Assembly (NCBI GenBank): GCA_037441465.1
Contig: JBBISC010000001.1
Location: 23,394 to 59,301, forward strand
Length of the DNA: 35,908 bases
Source: Deltaproteobacteria bacterium
GTDB lineage: Bacteria > Desulfobacterota > Deferrimicrobia > Deferrimicrobiales > Deferrimicrobiaceae
Reading direction: 5' to 3'
Numbering within the stretch: the first letter of the stretch is position 1; the number at the start of each line of letters is the position of its first letter. This document shows, piece by piece, positions 9,173-18,089 of this stretch. The position numbers and the translations under genes are program-made. Under the pieces are notes generated by a model. The model searched no databases. It saw only the letters and a program-made list of their open reading frames with translations, and was not told the origin of the DNA.

Positions 9173-9201
9173 ATGATTCCATGGACCAGATTAAGTGTCA
9201 A
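9173..9201 (-). promoter_or_regulatory. Sigma70-type promoter abutting the antitoxin remnant
   Basis: TTGACA (9201-9196), a 17-nt spacer ending TGG, then AATCAT (9178-9173). Confidence 0.6.
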
Positions 9202-9266
9202 ACGGCGAATCGGCGCCGGGTGATGCGCGCAGGGCGGCTGCGCGGAAACCTTGACGGCTCTTGCCG

Positions 9267-10118
9267 CTAATGCGTGTTCCCCTTGACGTCGAGGGCGTCC
9301 CGCAACCCGTCCCCGACGAAGTTGAACGCCATGACGGTGAGAAGGATCGCCGCGCCTGGGGCCGTCACAAGGTGCGGCGCGATGAACAGGAAGTGCCGGC
9401 CCTCGCCGATCATCGACCCCCACGACGCCGTCGGCGCCGCGACGCCCAGCCCCAGGAAAGAGAGTCCCGCCTCCGCGACGATGGCGCGGGCGATCCCGAA
9501 CGTCGCCTCCACGAGGATCGGGGAGATCGCGTTGGGGAGGATATGGCGCAGAAGCAGGCGCGCCGGGGAACCGCCCACGGCACGGGCCGCCTCGACGAAC
9601 CCCCTCGTTTTCACGGAGAGCACCTGCGCGCGGATCACCCGGGCGTACCCCACCCACCCGAGGACCGAAAGGGCGAACAGGACGTTTCCGAACGAGGGAC
9701 CGCGCACGGCGGCGATCCCGATGGCGAGCAGGATCCCCGGGAACGCCAGCAGGACGTCGCAGGCGCCGGTGAAGATCCGGTCGGCGGCGCCGCCGAGGAA
9801 TCCGGCGAGGGAACCGGCGGAAAGGCCGATGAGGAGCGAGATGCCTACCGTTCCCAACCCGACGGAGAGGGAGAGGCGCGCACCGTGGATCAGACGGGAA
9901 AGAACGTCGCGCCCGAACTTGTCCTGCCCGAGCCAATGGGAGGCGGAAGGCCTCGAAAGCCCCTCGTCGAGCGACTGGGCAAGCGGGTCGCGCGGCGAGA
10001 TCACCGGCGCGAAGACGGCGGCGAGGAGGAACAGGACGAGGAGAACCATCCCTACGGCGGCGCCCCGGTGCCGGCTCGTTCGGCGGATGAGCCAGAGGAA
10101 CCCCGATTCCTCATTCAT
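9267..10118 (-). CDS. Peptide/nickel ABC transporter permease (DppC/OppC-like)
   Basis: HWLGQDKFGRDVLSRLIHGARLSL, FVEAARAVG (EAA loop), HILPN, AEAGLSFLGLG, FNFVGDGLRDALD. Confidence 0.93.
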   Translation of the reverse strand: MNEESGFLWLIRRTSRHRGAAVGMVLLVLFLLAAVFAPVISPRDPLAQSLDEGLSRPSASHWLGQDKFGRDVLSRLIHGARLSLSVGLGTVGISLLIGLSAGSLAGFLGGAADRIFTGACDVLLAFPGILLAIGIAAVRGPSFGNVLFALSVLGWVGYARVIRAQVLSVKTRGFVEAARAVGGSPARLLLRHILPNAISPILVEATFGIARAIVAEAGLSFLGLGVAAPTASWGSMIGEGRHFLFIAPHLVTAPGAAILLTVMAFNFVGDGLRDALDVKGNTH

Positions 10119-11031
10119 AGCGGATCCTCGGGTCAAGGCGGGCGCAAAGAATGTCCGTCGCCAGGTTCACCGTCACGGTGGACAGGGCGATGACGAGGAC
10201 GCACCCCTGGACCACCGGGTAGTCCCGCGCGTCGATCGCCTGGATCAGGAGGCGGCCGATCCCGGGCCAGGAGAAGATCGTCTCCGTGATGACGCTCCCC
10301 GCCAGCACCGCGCCGAACGACAGCCCCAGCGCCGTGACGACGGGGACGAGGGCGTTGCGCAGCGCGTGGCGGGCGACGGCGGACCGGTAAGGCAGACCCC
10401 GCGCGATCGCGGCCGTCACGTACTCCTTCCGGAGCTCCTCCAGCAGGGTCGCCCGGACCATCCGCGTCAGCAGCGCGGCCATCCCCGTCCCGAGCGTGAT
10501 CGCGGGCAGCACCAGCGGACGACCCACGCCGTACCCCGACACGGGGAGGAGCCCGAGCTGCACGGAGAAGAGGAGCACGAGCAACGGTCCGAGGAGAAAG
10601 TTCGGGATGGACAGGGAGAGCATCGCCGCGAACCCCGACAGGTAGTCCGCGGTCTTCCCGCGCCGCATCGCCGCCAGCACCCCGAGCGGCAGGGAGACGA
10701 AGACCGCCATGGTGATGGACGTCGCGGCGAGAAGGACGGTGGCCGGAATCCGGCGTGCGATCTCGCCGAGGACCGGCTCCCGGCTGCGAAACGACACCCC
10801 GAAGTCTCCCCGCGGGATCCCCGCGAGAAACGAGGCGTACTGGGAAAGGATCGGCCGGTCGAGATGAAGCTCCCGGCGCAGTTCCTCCTTCTGCGCGGGG
10901 GCGGCGCTTTCCCCCAGCATGATCTCGACGGGATCCCCCGGCAGAAGGTGGATCAGCAGGAAGACGACGGTCACCACACCGAACACCACGGGAACGGTTC
11001 GCAGGACGCGGCCGAGGAGATATCTCCTCAT
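10111..11031 (-). CDS. Peptide/nickel ABC transporter permease (DppB/OppB-like)
   Basis: MRRYLLGR...LPGDP, GDFGVSF, YVTAAIARGL, HALRNAL, ETIFSWPGIG, RDYPVVQG, LDPRIR. ATGA overlap with the binding-protein gene. Confidence 0.93.
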   Translation of the reverse strand: MRRYLLGRVLRTVPVVFGVVTVVFLLIHLLPGDPVEIMLGESAAPAQKEELRRELHLDRPILSQYASFLAGIPRGDFGVSFRSREPVLGEIARRIPATVLLAATSITMAVFVSLPLGVLAAMRRGKTADYLSGFAAMLSLSIPNFLLGPLLVLLFSVQLGLLPVSGYGVGRPLVLPAITLGTGMAALLTRMVRATLLEELRKEYVTAAIARGLPYRSAVARHALRNALVPVVTALGLSFGAVLAGSVITETIFSWPGIGRLLIQAIDARDYPVVQGCVLVIALSTVTVNLATDILCARLDPRIRYE

Positions 11032-12596
11032 CGCCGCCCTCCGGTCGAAGGCGCCGACGAATCCGGGACGATCCGCATCGCGCGGACGGGTGCGTAGCTT
11101 TCGTTCGGCGTGAGCACGAATCCCTCGAGCCTGCGGTCCCGGACCAGCAGGTTCCGGCCCGCCCACAACGGGAACACCGGAAGGTCTCGCGCGAGGATCC
11201 GCTGCACCTGCCGGTACATTCCCCGGCGTCTTTCCCTGGACGGTTCGCTCCTCGCCGCCTCCGTCAGGCGGTCGACTTCGGCGTCGGAGTACCCCCCGCG
11301 GTTCGCGCCTTCGGGGGGAGCGCTCCGGGAATGGAACGCGTGGTGAAAGATGTCGGGGTCCGCGATCCCGACCCATGTGAGGCTGTAGATCTGGAAGTTT
11401 CCTTTCTTGATGTCCGAGAAGAAGGTTCCCCACTCAAGTGATTGTATTTCAATGGAAATACCTACCTGGCGGAGCTGCTCCTGGATGACGGTCGCTACGC
11501 GCCGGCGCACCTCGTTCTGCGACGTTTTGTACGTCATTCGAAGACGGGGGAGAGGACCGTCGCCGTCGGGATCCGGGAACCCGGCCTCGTCGAGGAGATG
11601 CCGCGCCCGTGCCGGATCGAACCGCACCGCGGGAAGATCCGGATCGTGCGCCCACGATCCCGGGGGGAGGATCGATTCCACGGGATCGGCGCGCCCCTTC
11701 CAGATTGTCCGGATGATCGTCTCCCGGTCGATCGCGAGGGCGATCGCGCGGCGCACCCTTGCGTCGGACAGTGCCCGGTCGCGGAGATTGAAACCGAGAT
11801 ACGTGACGTTTCCCCCCGCGCCTTCCTCGACGACGAGCCGTCCGGCCCGCTTCGCCGCCGGGAGCAGGTCGGGGTCGACCCCGTTCAGGGCGAAGTTGAC
11901 GCTCCCCATCTTCAGTTCGAGGAAGCGGACGTTGCTGTCGGGGATGAACTTGACCGTCACCGCCCGGATCGCGGGCGGACCGCCGTAATACCCGTCGTAT
12001 GCCGAAAGAACCGCCTCGCCGTCGGGGGAGAGGTCGTCGATCCTGTAGGGGCCCGCCCCCACGGGCGGCGCGTAGCCGCGCGCCGGGCTTCCGGCGGGGA
12101 CGATGCCCCGCACCATCGTGGAGAGGAACGGGGCGAACGGTTCGGAGAGGCGGAAGACGACGGTCAGCGGATCAGGGGCATCGATCGAGGCAAGGTGTCG
12201 GTACAGCCCCCGGTGCGGGGACCGGTTCGCGGCATCGAGGATCCACGTGAAGGTGTACCGCACGTCGGCAGAGGTGAGCGGCCGCCCGTCGTGGAACCGC
12301 AACCCCGGCCGGAGGTGGAATATATACGTCAAGGGATCGGGCGACTCCCACCGGTGCGCGAGGTCGGGGAGGGGCTCGCCGGCCGCGTCACGGCCGACGA
12401 GGGAGGCGTGCGTCATCTGGAGGATCTGCTCGCCGTAGGCGTCGGTCGCCACGCGCGGGTCGACGTTCACGGGCGCCCCCGGCAGCGCGATCACCATCCG
12501 CCCCTCGTCGATCGGCAGCTTCTGCGCGCAGGAGGCGAGTGTCAGGAATGCGAGGGACGCGGGGAAAAGGATGGATAACCGGAAGATACCGAACAT
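11028..12596 (-). CDS. ABC transporter substrate-binding lipoprotein, family 5 (DppA/OppA-like)
   Basis: Lipobox LASC; PDLAHRWE...YIFHLRPGLRFHDGRPLTSADVRYT; VRRAIALAIDR. Confidence 0.92.
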   Translation of the reverse strand: MFGIFRLSILFPASLAFLTLASCAQKLPIDEGRMVIALPGAPVNVDPRVATDAYGEQILQMTHASLVGRDAAGEPLPDLAHRWESPDPLTYIFHLRPGLRFHDGRPLTSADVRYTFTWILDAANRSPHRGLYRHLASIDAPDPLTVVFRLSEPFAPFLSTMVRGIVPAGSPARGYAPPVGAGPYRIDDLSPDGEAVLSAYDGYYGGPPAIRAVTVKFIPDSNVRFLELKMGSVNFALNGVDPDLLPAAKRAGRLVVEEGAGGNVTYLGFNLRDRALSDARVRRAIALAIDRETIIRTIWKGRADPVESILPPGSWAHDPDLPAVRFDPARARHLLDEAGFPDPDGDGPLPRLRMTYKTSQNEVRRRVATVIQEQLRQVGISIEIQSLEWGTFFSDIKKGNFQIYSLTWVGIADPDIFHHAFHSRSAPPEGANRGGYSDAEVDRLTEAARSEPSRERRRGMYRQVQRILARDLPVFPLWAGRNLLVRDRRLEGFVLTPNESYAPVRAMRIVPDSSAPSTGGRR

Positions 12597-12602
12597 CTGT
12601 TC

Positions 12603-12611
12603 ATCGTACCA
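12603..12611 (-). promoter_or_regulatory. Putative extended -10 promoter, leaderless arrangement
   Basis: TGG-TACGAT lies 6 nt before ATG 12596, with no SD. Confidence 0.45.
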
Positions 12612-12656
12612 TCGCGAACCCGAAGGACGAATGGACCGTTCCACTGCCTGATTTCG

Positions 12657-12665
12657 TGGTATTTT
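12657..12665 (+). promoter_or_regulatory. Putative extended -10 promoter, leaderless arrangement
   Basis: TGG-TATTTT lies 6 nt before ATG 12672, with no SD. Confidence 0.4.
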
Positions 12666-12671
12666 TTGAAA

Positions 12672-13586
12672 ATGGCGACCGACAAGGTGGATCCCGGATG
12701 TTCGACTGCTGCGGGCGAGTCACCCCGTGCCTACCGTCACGGACTCGCCCGTCCGTTCTCCTACAAGATCGGCTATTCCCTCGGGAAGTGGCTTCCGAGA
12801 GGGGCTCTGTTCCTCCTCGCGGACCTCCTTGCCGACGCAACGCACCGGACGAATGCGGAACCGGCCAGAAATCTCCGGGCGAACCTGCGATCGGCCTTCC
12901 CACGATGGTCCGAGCGCGAAGTCGAAGAACTCTCGAAGAGGATTTTCCGGAACTTCGCCCGCAACCTGGTGGATTACGGACGATTCCATACGATCACCGA
13001 CGAGGCGCTGGACCGCCTGATACCCTCCGTTCAGCACCTCCACTTGCTCGAAGAGTCCTTCGCGAAGGGGAGGGGAGTCATCCTCGTGACCGGGCACATC
13101 GGGAACTGGGAACTGGGCGCCCTGTTCTTCGGTCGGCACGGCTTCAAGATCAACGTCGTCACGATTCCCGAAGGGAGCGAGCGGATCGATTCGATCCGCG
13201 GGGCGTATCGTACGCGCCAGAACATCCGCACGATTGTCGTCGACGGGTCGCCGTTTTCCTCTCTCGAGATCGTGGCGGCGCTCCGCCGGGGAGAGATCGT
13301 CGCCATGCTCGTGGATCGGTGGGAGAGGACCGACGGGATCCCGGCGAAATTCTTCGGCGAGGATCGTCGTTTCCCCCGCGGCCCGTTCGTGCTGAGCCGG
13401 GCGACGGACGCCCCAATCATCCCCGCGTTCATCGTCCGGGATGGGAACATATACCGGGGCGTGGTCGATCCCCCTGTTTCCATGGATGAGCCGGAGGATG
13501 AACCCGGGGTCCGACGGGTGAGCGAGTCTCTCGAACGGGTGATCCGGACGTACCCGGACCAATGGTATAATTTCGCACCTCGATGA
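12672..13586 (+). CDS. LpxL/HtrB-like lysophospholipid acyltransferase family protein
   Basis: GRGVILVTGHIGNWE, VAMLVDR, FFG...FPRGP..L, YPDQWYNF. Confidence 0.88.
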   Translation: MATDKVDPGCSTAAGESPRAYRHGLARPFSYKIGYSLGKWLPRGALFLLADLLADATHRTNAEPARNLRANLRSAFPRWSEREVEELSKRIFRNFARNLVDYGRFHTITDEALDRLIPSVQHLHLLEESFAKGRGVILVTGHIGNWELGALFFGRHGFKINVVTIPEGSERIDSIRGAYRTRQNIRTIVVDGSPFSSLEIVAALRRGEIVAMLVDRWERTDGIPAKFFGEDRRFPRGPFVLSRATDAPIIPAFIVRDGNIYRGVVDPPVSMDEPEDEPGVRRVSESLERVIRTYPDQWYNFAPR

Positions 13587-13692
13587 GGAGCATGGAGTCG
13601 GGCAAGGAGACGAACGGATGATGCCGTTGAATCGATCCGCACTATGCAATGCGGCTGGCGCGGAGGGGATGGGGAGGTACGCGCCCGGCGGG

Positions 13693-15195
13693 ATGAAGGT
13701 TCTACCCGTGCGGACGACCCTCCCGAAGGAAACGATTTCCCTGTGCCCGGAATGTCTCCGCACGATCTCCGCCGAAATTTTCGAAGAAAGCGGCAGGGTG
13801 ATGATGCGGAAAAGTTGCTCCGATCACGGCACGTTCACCGACGTCATCTTCTCGGATGTGGAGATGTACCGCCGCATGGGCCAATGGTATTTCGGGGATG
13901 GAGGGGGGTTCGAGAACCCCGCCGGCGGGATGGGAAAGGAGTGCCCGAGCCGGTGCGGTATCTGCGGCGCGCATTCGACGCATACCTCTCTCGCCAACAT
14001 CGACCTCACCGCGCGCTGCAATCTATCCTGTGCGGTCTGCTTTGCGGATGCCAACCGGAACCCGTACGAGCCTTCGTTCGAACAAGTGGTGGAGATGCTC
14101 CGCCGTCTTCGCGCCCAGCGCCCGGCGCCGGCGTTCGCCGTCCAGTTCACGGGAGGCGAGCCCACGCTGCACCCGCGATTTCTCGAAATCGTGGCCGAAG
14201 CGCGGGAAATGGGGTTTTCCCACCTCCAGGCGGCCACCAACGGCATCCGGTTCGCAGATCCGGAGTTCGCGCGAAGAGCGCGGGATGCCGGGCTCCATTA
14301 CCTGTACCTGCAGATGGACGGGACGACCGACGACGTCTTCCTGAAGATCCGCGGGAAGGCGTTGCTGGACACCAAGCTTCGGGTGATCGATTCCGCTAGG
14401 ACGGCCGGGCTGCGCATCATCTTCGTCCCCACCATCATCAAGGGCGTGAACGACCACCAGATCGGGGACCTCTGCCGCCTGGCCTTCGACCACCTCGACG
14501 TGCTGTCGGGGATTTCATTTCAGCCGATGACGTTCACCGGGAGGTACCCCGAATCGGACCGCGAGAAGCTTCGATTCACCCTTTCGGACCTTTCCCGTGA
14601 GTTCAGCCGCCAGACGGGACTCACCCACCCCCTGGAGGATTGGTTCCCCCTGAACGCCGCGGTTCCCCTGGTCCGATACGCGGGGGCCGTAACGGGGAAC
14701 GTGGCGGTGAACCACGCGTGCCATCCCCATTGCGGGTTGATGACCCTGTTTTTCATCGGCCGGAACGGCGAGGCCGTCCCGATCACGAGGTTCCTCGATC
14801 TCCGGGGACTTCTCGGAGAGGTGGAACGGCTGACGGGGAGCGCGAGGACGAGCCGCGTCAAGAGCTTGTCGAAGATCCGCGCCCTCCAGACTTTTTACCG
14901 GTTTTTCCGGGAGGACCGGGCTCCGGAGGGGTTGACGTTCCTCCGCTTTCTCAAGACCCTCGAGGGGTTCGCCGAAAAGAAGTACAGCTGGGACGGAAAG
15001 TACGAAGGGCACACATATAAATCCTTCTATGTCCTCGGGATGCATTTCATGGATGCCTACAATTACGATCTCGAGCGCGTGTCGCGCTGCGGCGTCCATT
15101 ATTCGGCCCCCGACGGAAGAATCTACCCGTTTTGCACCTACAACTCGGGTCCGATGCACCGTCATCGGGTAGAGAACGCGCTTGCGTCTTCTTGA
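13693..15195 (+). CDS. Radical SAM enzyme, tetraether synthase (Tes/GDGT-MAS, MJ0619) family homolog
   Basis: SLCPEC...KSCSDHG (rubredoxin-like), CPSRCGICGAH, LANIDLTARCNLSCAVCFA (radical SAM motif), QFTGGEPT, YLQMDG, VPTIIKGVND, FQPMTFTGR, HPHCG, MHFMDAYNYD..R..RCGVHY..PDG.IYPFCTYN. Start is uncertain (13618, 13669 or 13693). Confidence 0.85.
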   Translation: MKVLPVRTTLPKETISLCPECLRTISAEIFEESGRVMMRKSCSDHGTFTDVIFSDVEMYRRMGQWYFGDGGGFENPAGGMGKECPSRCGICGAHSTHTSLANIDLTARCNLSCAVCFADANRNPYEPSFEQVVEMLRRLRAQRPAPAFAVQFTGGEPTLHPRFLEIVAEAREMGFSHLQAATNGIRFADPEFARRARDAGLHYLYLQMDGTTDDVFLKIRGKALLDTKLRVIDSARTAGLRIIFVPTIIKGVNDHQIGDLCRLAFDHLDVLSGISFQPMTFTGRYPESDREKLRFTLSDLSREFSRQTGLTHPLEDWFPLNAAVPLVRYAGAVTGNVAVNHACHPHCGLMTLFFIGRNGEAVPITRFLDLRGLLGEVERLTGSARTSRVKSLSKIRALQTFYRFFREDRAPEGLTFLRFLKTLEGFAEKKYSWDGKYEGHTYKSFYVLGMHFMDAYNYDLERVSRCGVHYSAPDGRIYPFCTYNSGPMHRHRVENALASS

Positions 15196-15955
15196 TGTCG
15201 CGCGATCCGCATGGGTCTCCAATGGGACCCTCCGGTGGATCGTTTCCGCATTGATCCTTGCGCTGTCCCTTGCTCCCCGGCCGAACCTCGCGGAGGAAAC
15301 CGTCCCGGACGGAAAGACGATTTCGGGAGCGGAGAGGAACCGCTGGTTCGAGGTGGCCCGCGAGCGCCAGAAGGGGGTCACCGGATTGAGTGCGACGGTG
15401 GTGCAGCGGAAACGGGATCCGCTCCTGAAGAACGAGGCGGTCTCCAGGGGGAAGTTGTCGTTCCGGAAGCCGGACTCGCTTCGATGGGAGGTGGAGAGTC
15501 CCGAAAGAATGGTCGTGGTAATGGATGGCCGGACGGTAACCACGTATTATCCGACGAAAAAGGAGGCCGAGCGAAGGGACATGCAGGACGATTTCGCGTC
15601 CCGCGCCGCGCTGGGTTTTATCGAATCCGGAATCTCCGCCTCCCTCCCCGAACTGGAACGGCGATTCCACGTCGACCTTTTCCGGTCGGACGACCAGGTG
15701 GTCCTGCGGTTGATCCCGCGCTCGAAGATGCTGTCCCGCGTCATCGCATCGATCCGGATCCTCCAGGACCCGTTGGAGGGGCGACCGCGTCGAATCGTGG
15801 TCGAGGGCGCCCGCGGGGATCGGACCGAGACGACGTTTTCCGGGGTGACCCTCAATCCCGATTTTCCTCCGGGCACCTTTACGTTGCGACTGGGACCCGA
15901 GGTCCGGGTCACGGAAACGGGGGGACCGGGACGGAACCGGATAGATTCGCCATGA
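15182..15955 (+). CDS. LolA-like outer-membrane lipoprotein/lipid carrier
   Basis: Signal-like hydrophobic N-terminus; SATVVQRKRDPLL, SRGKLSFRKPDSLRWEVESPE, VMDG.TV..Y, ETTFS...LNP....F. Start is uncertain. Confidence 0.8.
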   Translation: MRLLDVARSAWVSNGTLRWIVSALILALSLAPRPNLAEETVPDGKTISGAERNRWFEVARERQKGVTGLSATVVQRKRDPLLKNEAVSRGKLSFRKPDSLRWEVESPERMVVVMDGRTVTTYYPTKKEAERRDMQDDFASRAALGFIESGISASLPELERRFHVDLFRSDDQVVLRLIPRSKMLSRVIASIRILQDPLEGRPRRIVVEGARGDRTETTFSGVTLNPDFPPGTFTLRLGPEVRVTETGGPGRNRIDSP

Positions 15956-16041
15956 CGAGGTTCCTCCCGCTGCCCGTGACCGAAACCTCGCGGGCGATCC
16001 CGATGGCTTGAAGGATCGATGGACCGCGGCGTCCCCGGGGA

Positions 16042-17217
16042 ATGACCATGCCGAGCGCAATGCCTGCCGTCCTGCTTCTCGACGGCCTGTGGAACAAGAC
16101 GGTGGCGGCGGTCCGCTCCCTCGGGAAGCGCGGTTACCGTGTCTCGGTGGGGGAGAGGACCCGGTTCGCACCGGCCCTTTTTTCGAGATACTGCTCGCGT
16201 CGCTTCCTTCACCCGTCGCCGGCAACCTCTCCGGAAGCCTTTCTCGATGCGCTCGAAAAGGAGTTGCGCGTCGGCGCATACGACGTGGTCCTCGCGATGG
16301 AATTCGGTACCCAGGTCCTGATCGCCCGGAACCGTCCTCGCCTCGAGGGGATGGCGTGTTTCCCCTTCGCGTCCGCGGACCTCGCGATCCGGGTCCAGGA
16401 CAAGGGAGAGCTCTCTTCCTTCGCATCGGCCCACGGCGTCGAGTGTCCCGCCACGTTCCGTCCGGAAGGGACGGAGGACGTTCACGCGATGGCGGAGCGG
16501 GTCCCATACCCCCTCCTCATCAAGCCAAGGTTTTCCTCCGGAGGGCGGGGGATCGTGCGGGTGGAAACTCCTTCTCAACTTCGGAAAGAGTATCCGAACG
16601 TCCATGCCGTCCATCCGTCACCGATTCTTCAGGAGCGCCTTCCCCCGGGAGGGGCCGCGTTGGGGGTGGGCGTGCTGATGAACTATTCTTCCGAACCGCG
16701 CGCAACGTTCGCATACCGGCGCCTGCGGGAATACCCCGTCGGCGGGGGTCCCAGCACGTTTCGGGAGAGCGTGCGGGACGAAACGCTCTGCCGGACGACG
16801 GAGCGGCTCCTCTCGGCGCTCGGCTGGACCGGCGTCGCGATGGCGGAATTCAAGGTCGATCCGAGGGACGGCAGGCCGAAGCTTCTCGAGGTGAATCCCC
16901 GGTTCTGGGGATCGCTGAACCATGCGATCCTGTCGGGCGTCGATTTCCCGCACCTGTTGTGCCGGATGGCGATCGACGGGGATGTTCCTCCCCTGCGGGA
17001 GTACCGGGTAGGCGTTCGGAGTCGATCCCTGCTCCATGGGGACCTGATGCATTTCGTGAGAAACCCGAGACGGTTCCACCTCCACCCTCGCTTCTTCGAT
17101 TTTTCGATCCCGGATGATCTGCTGTCGGCGTCGGATCCATGGCCCGTGGTGGGGCGGGTGGCGACGCTGATCCCCGCGTGCTACGACCGGGAGTTGCGGA
17201 AAACGATGCTCGGATAG
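16042..17217 (+). CDS. ATP-grasp (carboxylate-amine ligase-like) protein
   Basis: QDKGEL, YPLLIKPRFSSGGRG, LQERLP, AMAEFKVDPRDGRPKLLEVNPRFWGS. Confidence 0.88.
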   Translation: MTMPSAMPAVLLLDGLWNKTVAAVRSLGKRGYRVSVGERTRFAPALFSRYCSRRFLHPSPATSPEAFLDALEKELRVGAYDVVLAMEFGTQVLIARNRPRLEGMACFPFASADLAIRVQDKGELSSFASAHGVECPATFRPEGTEDVHAMAERVPYPLLIKPRFSSGGRGIVRVETPSQLRKEYPNVHAVHPSPILQERLPPGGAALGVGVLMNYSSEPRATFAYRRLREYPVGGGPSTFRESVRDETLCRTTERLLSALGWTGVAMAEFKVDPRDGRPKLLEVNPRFWGSLNHAILSGVDFPHLLCRMAIDGDVPPLREYRVGVRSRSLLHGDLMHFVRNPRRFHLHPRFFDFSIPDDLLSASDPWPVVGRVATLIPACYDRELRKTMLG

Positions 17218-17254
17218 GGAAACACGGGAAAAAGGTAACGGAGATGGGCGAAGA

Positions 17255-18088
17255 ATGACGACCTGCCGGAACGTGCTGACCGTTGACCTGGAAGACTGGT
17301 ATCACATCTGCGGTACGGGCCGGTCCGGGGACGTCTCTACGTGGGACGCGTACGAAAGCCGCGTGACCCGCAACACGGCGAAGGTCCTTTCCCTTCTACG
17401 GGAACACCAGGCCCGTGCCACGTTTTTCGTCCTCGGGTACATCGCCGAACGCGAACCGGGGTTGATCGCCGACATTTCGAAGCAGGGCCACGAGATCGCC
17501 ACCCACGGCCATCACCACCGAAGGGTGTTCGAGATGTCCGAGGAGGAGTTCGCGGAGGATGTCGATCGCTCCATGGACGCGATATCGTCCGCCGGCGGCG
17601 GCCGGGTGATCGGGTACCGCGCGCCGGAGTGGTCCATTCGTCCCCACACGATGTGGGCGCTCCGGGTCCTGCGGCGGAAGGGGATCCGGTACGACTCCAG
17701 CATGGTCCCCCTGACGCGGATGGGAGACCGCTCCTTCCCGACAAGGCCCTGCCGGATCCCGGCGGGGGACGGGGAGATCCTCGAGTTCCCCTTGACCACC
17801 GTCCGCTGCTTCGGGGAACATCTGCCCTTCACGGGCGGGTTGCCGTTGCGCCTCATGCCGTATTTCTACGTTCTTTCGAGGATCCGACGGATGAATGCGG
17901 AGGGGGACGCGGCGATGGTTTACGTCCACCCATGGGAATTCGACGCGGGGCAGCCGAGGATCGATCTTCCGTGGAGCCGGAGGATCATGCATTATTTCAA
18001 CCTGCGATCGACCCCGGGGAAGATTTCCGGACTGCTCGGCAACCTGCGATTCGCGCCCCTCCGCGAAGTGCTCGGGGTCGGGCAGTAA
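17255..18088 (+). CDS. Polysaccharide deacetylase (CE4) with DUF3473-like C-terminus
   Basis: LTVDLEDWYH, ATFFVLG, GHEIATHGHHH, GYRAPEWS, YDSS, YVHPWEFD. Confidence 0.9.
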   Translation: MTTCRNVLTVDLEDWYHICGTGRSGDVSTWDAYESRVTRNTAKVLSLLREHQARATFFVLGYIAEREPGLIADISKQGHEIATHGHHHRRVFEMSEEEFAEDVDRSMDAISSAGGGRVIGYRAPEWSIRPHTMWALRVLRRKGIRYDSSMVPLTRMGDRSFPTRPCRIPAGDGEILEFPLTTVRCFGEHLPFTGGLPLRLMPYFYVLSRIRRMNAEGDAAMVYVHPWEFDAGQPRIDLPWSRRIMHYFNLRSTPGKISGLLGNLRFAPLREVLGVGQ

Positions 18089-18089
18089 C

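Noticed and set aside
9226-9244. CGCGCAG-N5-CTGCGCG hairpin as terminator of the ABC operon
   Set aside because: No U-tract follows on the - strand, and such stems are common by chance at this GC content.
8597-9260. TA module as part of an IS or prophage
   Set aside because: No transposase, integrase, terminal inverted repeats or target-site duplication seen.
13563-13571. Perfect TGGTATAAT extended -10 upstream of the Tes homolog
   Set aside because: It coincides with the W-Y-N codons of the conserved acyltransferase C-terminal motif, so coding constraint explains it. It cannot be supported without TSS data.
13693-15195. Annotation as MoaA or as a methanopterin (hydroxymethylpterin) methyltransferase
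   Set aside because: The extra N-terminal metal motifs do not fit MoaA. The pterin label is the older assignment of the MJ0619 family, and the context here is lipid-related.
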